Assembly: GCA_965248695.1 (NCBI GenBank)
Contig: CBDFKD010000002.1
Location: forward strand, 3,008,001-3,072,000
Reading direction: 5' to 3'
From: Acidobacteriota bacterium
GTDB taxonomy: Bacteria > Acidobacteriota > UBA890 > WLXD01
Length of the DNA: 64,000 nucleotides
A model generated the notes under the pieces. That model did not search any database. It worked only from the letters and a program-made list of their open reading frames with translations, and was not told the origin of the DNA. Of the stretch, positions 62,061 to 64,000 are shown piece after piece. Made by a program: the position numbers and the translations under genes. Within the stretch, counting starts at the first letter, position 1. Each line of letters begins with the position of its first letter.

Positions 62061-63470
62061 ATGCTGATCACCGGAAAGCACGTTCAACGCCGCACGTTCC
62101 TACGTGGCGCCGGAGCAACCCTTGCTCTGCCGTTCCTGGACGCCATGGTGCCCGCCGGCCGCCTGGCTACGGCGGCGACCCGAGAGGCCGAAAAGACCCG
62201 CCTGGTGGCAATCGAGATGGTGCACGGCGCCGCCGGCTGCAATCAGTGGGGCGCGACCCAGAACCTCTGGTCACCGGCCGCCGCGGGTGGAGACTTCGAT
62301 CTCGACCCGACAGCCCTGGTGTCGCTCGATCCGTGGCGCGACTACCTGACGATCATCAGCAACACCGACGTGCGCATGGCGGAGGCCTTCCGGCCACACG
62401 AGATCGGCGGCGACCACTTCCGCTCCAGCGCCGTGTTCCTCACGCAGTCGCATCCGAAGCAGACCGAAGGCTCCGACGTGCTCGTGGGTACCTCGCTGGA
62501 CCAGTTGTACGCCCAGCGGTTCGGGCAGGACACGCCGATTCCCTCGATGCAGCTGTGCATCGAGAACATCAACCAGTCCGGCGGATGTGCATACGGGTAC
62601 ACGTGTGTCTATACGGACTCGATCAGCTGGGCGTCGCCGACCGAGCCACTGCCGGTGATCCGCGACCCGCGCGTAGCCTTCGAGCAGTTGTTCGGGGCCG
62701 GCGGCACGCCAGAGGAGCGCGCAGCGCGGCGGCGCGCGAGCCGCAGCATCCTCGATTGGGTCACCGGGCGAGTCGCCGAGCTGCGGCGAGATCTGGGCCC
62801 CAACGATCGCCATCGATTGGATCGCTACCTGGAGAACGTGCGCGAGATCGAGCGCCGCATACAACGCACCGAGGCACGCAACACCAGCGGCGCCGAACGC
62901 GCCATCCCCGAAGCCCCGGCCGGCGTGCCCGACTCGTTCGAAGCGCACACCAAGCTCATGTTCGACCTGCAGGCACTAGCGTTCGCCTCCGATACCACGC
63001 GCGTCTTTTCCTTCAAGATGGGACGCGACTCCTCGGCGCGCGTGTTCCCGGAGAGCGGTACCGACAAGCCGTTCCACCCGGCGTCACACCATGGCGGCAA
63101 AGAAGACGCGATCCGCGACTTCTACTTGCTCAACCGCTACCACGTCAGCATGTTGCCGTACTTCCTCGAGAAGCTGGCCAGTATCGATGAAGGTGGCACC
63201 CATCTGCTGGACAAGACGATGATCGTCTACGGGTCGCCGATGGCAGATAGCAACCTGCACAACCACCGACGGGCTCCGCTGATCGTGCTCGGGGGCGCCG
63301 GCGGCAAGCTCGACGGCAACCTGCACGTCGAAGCGCCGGACGGTACGCCGATGGCCAACGCCATGTTGACCCTGCTGCACAAGCTGGGACATGAGGATCT
63401 CGCCAGCTTTGGCGACTCGTCCGGCGAGTTGTCCCTGTCGCTGTCAGCCACCTCCGCATCGGCGGACTGA
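62061..63470 (+). CDS. DUF1552 (HXXSHH) domain protein with Tat-like signal
   Basis: RRTFLRGAG..LALPFLDAM, FHPASHH and SNLHNH. Confidence 0.9.
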   Translation: MLITGKHVQRRTFLRGAGATLALPFLDAMVPAGRLATAATREAEKTRLVAIEMVHGAAGCNQWGATQNLWSPAAAGGDFDLDPTALVSLDPWRDYLTIISNTDVRMAEAFRPHEIGGDHFRSSAVFLTQSHPKQTEGSDVLVGTSLDQLYAQRFGQDTPIPSMQLCIENINQSGGCAYGYTCVYTDSISWASPTEPLPVIRDPRVAFEQLFGAGGTPEERAARRRASRSILDWVTGRVAELRRDLGPNDRHRLDRYLENVREIERRIQRTEARNTSGAERAIPEAPAGVPDSFEAHTKLMFDLQALAFASDTTRVFSFKMGRDSSARVFPESGTDKPFHPASHHGGKEDAIRDFYLLNRYHVSMLPYFLEKLASIDEGGTHLLDKTMIVYGSPMADSNLHNHRRAPLIVLGGAGGKLDGNLHVEAPDGTPMANAMLTLLHKLGHEDLASFGDSSGELSLSLSATSASAD

Positions 63471-63492
63471 TCCGCAACGAGTGCCGGCTTTG

Positions 63493-64000
63493 ATGAGGAC
63501 CCGCGCCCGCGTCACCGTAGCCGCCATGCTCGGGGCGTTGCTGACCCTGGGGCTGGCGCCCGCGGATCCACCGGTGGCGGACGCCGCCATGCACGACGAC
63601 CTCGACCTGGTTCGGTCGCTGCTCAAGGGCGGCGCTGACGTCAACGCAGCACAAGGCGACGGCATGACGGCGCTGCACTGGGCCGCCAGGACCGGCAACA
63701 CCGAGCTCGCAGAGATGCTCATCTACGCGGGCGCGAACCTCGTCGCGACGACGCGCATCGGCGGCTACACGCCGCTGCATCTGGCGGCCGCCGGAGGGCA
63801 GGCGGTGATGGTGGAGGCGCTCCTTCGGGCCGGTGCCGGGCCGGCGCAGCGAACCACCAGCGGCGGTGCCGTAGCGCTTCACCTGGCGGCCGGCGCCGGC
63901 AGCGTTGCGACGGTCGACGCCCTGCTGAAGCACGGAGCCGACGTCGACGCGCGCGAGGCACGGTGGGGGCAGACACCGCTCATGTTCGCCACCTCGAGAG
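63493..64000 (+). CDS. Secreted ankyrin-repeat protein (runs off the window end)
   Basis: Manual translation from ATG 63493: signal peptide, GADVNAAQGDGMTALHWAA, GYTPLHLAA and GQTPLMFA. Confidence 0.9.
   Translation, partial: MRTRARVTVAAMLGALLTLGLAPADPPVADAAMHDDLDLVRSLLKGGADVNAAQGDGMTALHWAARTGNTELAEMLIYAGANLVATTRIGGYTPLHLAAAGGQAVMVEALLRAGAGPAQRTTSGGAVALHLAAGAGSVATVDALLKHGADVDAREARWGQTPLMFATSR

Overview
GC-rich bacterial window. PadR-ADOP permease pairs, a DUF1592/DUF1552/ankyrin module, a kinase-TolB remnant and many secreted redox proteins suggest Acidobacteriota (inference; Gemmatimonadota is possible). I saw no rRNA, tRNA or CRISPR. All family calls come from motif recognition, not database searches. 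Main contents: a UGA-recoded WAxxUGC selenoprotein with a clean SECIS hairpin; an orphan Nif11-leader peptide; two inverted copies of a 272-bp structured MITE; a beta-oxidation block with a split ACAD10/11 (lva-like) kinase-dehydrogenase pair; a PQQ dehydrogenase-cytochrome c-copper monooxygenase operon; and a Fur-box-like operator in front of uncharacterised His/Glu-rich envelope proteins. The best candidate for an undescribed system is the PTPS-IV / RibD-like / Zn-dehydrogenase / glycosyltransferase-methyltransferase / flippase / CDP-alcohol phosphotransferase / LtaS-OpgB-like cluster. It sits head-to-head with opgGH and could make a novel GTP-derived lipid head group and transfer it to periplasmic glucan. 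About nine genes are broken by nonsense codons, 1-bp indels or large deletions, which reflects genome erosion and/or sequencing error.
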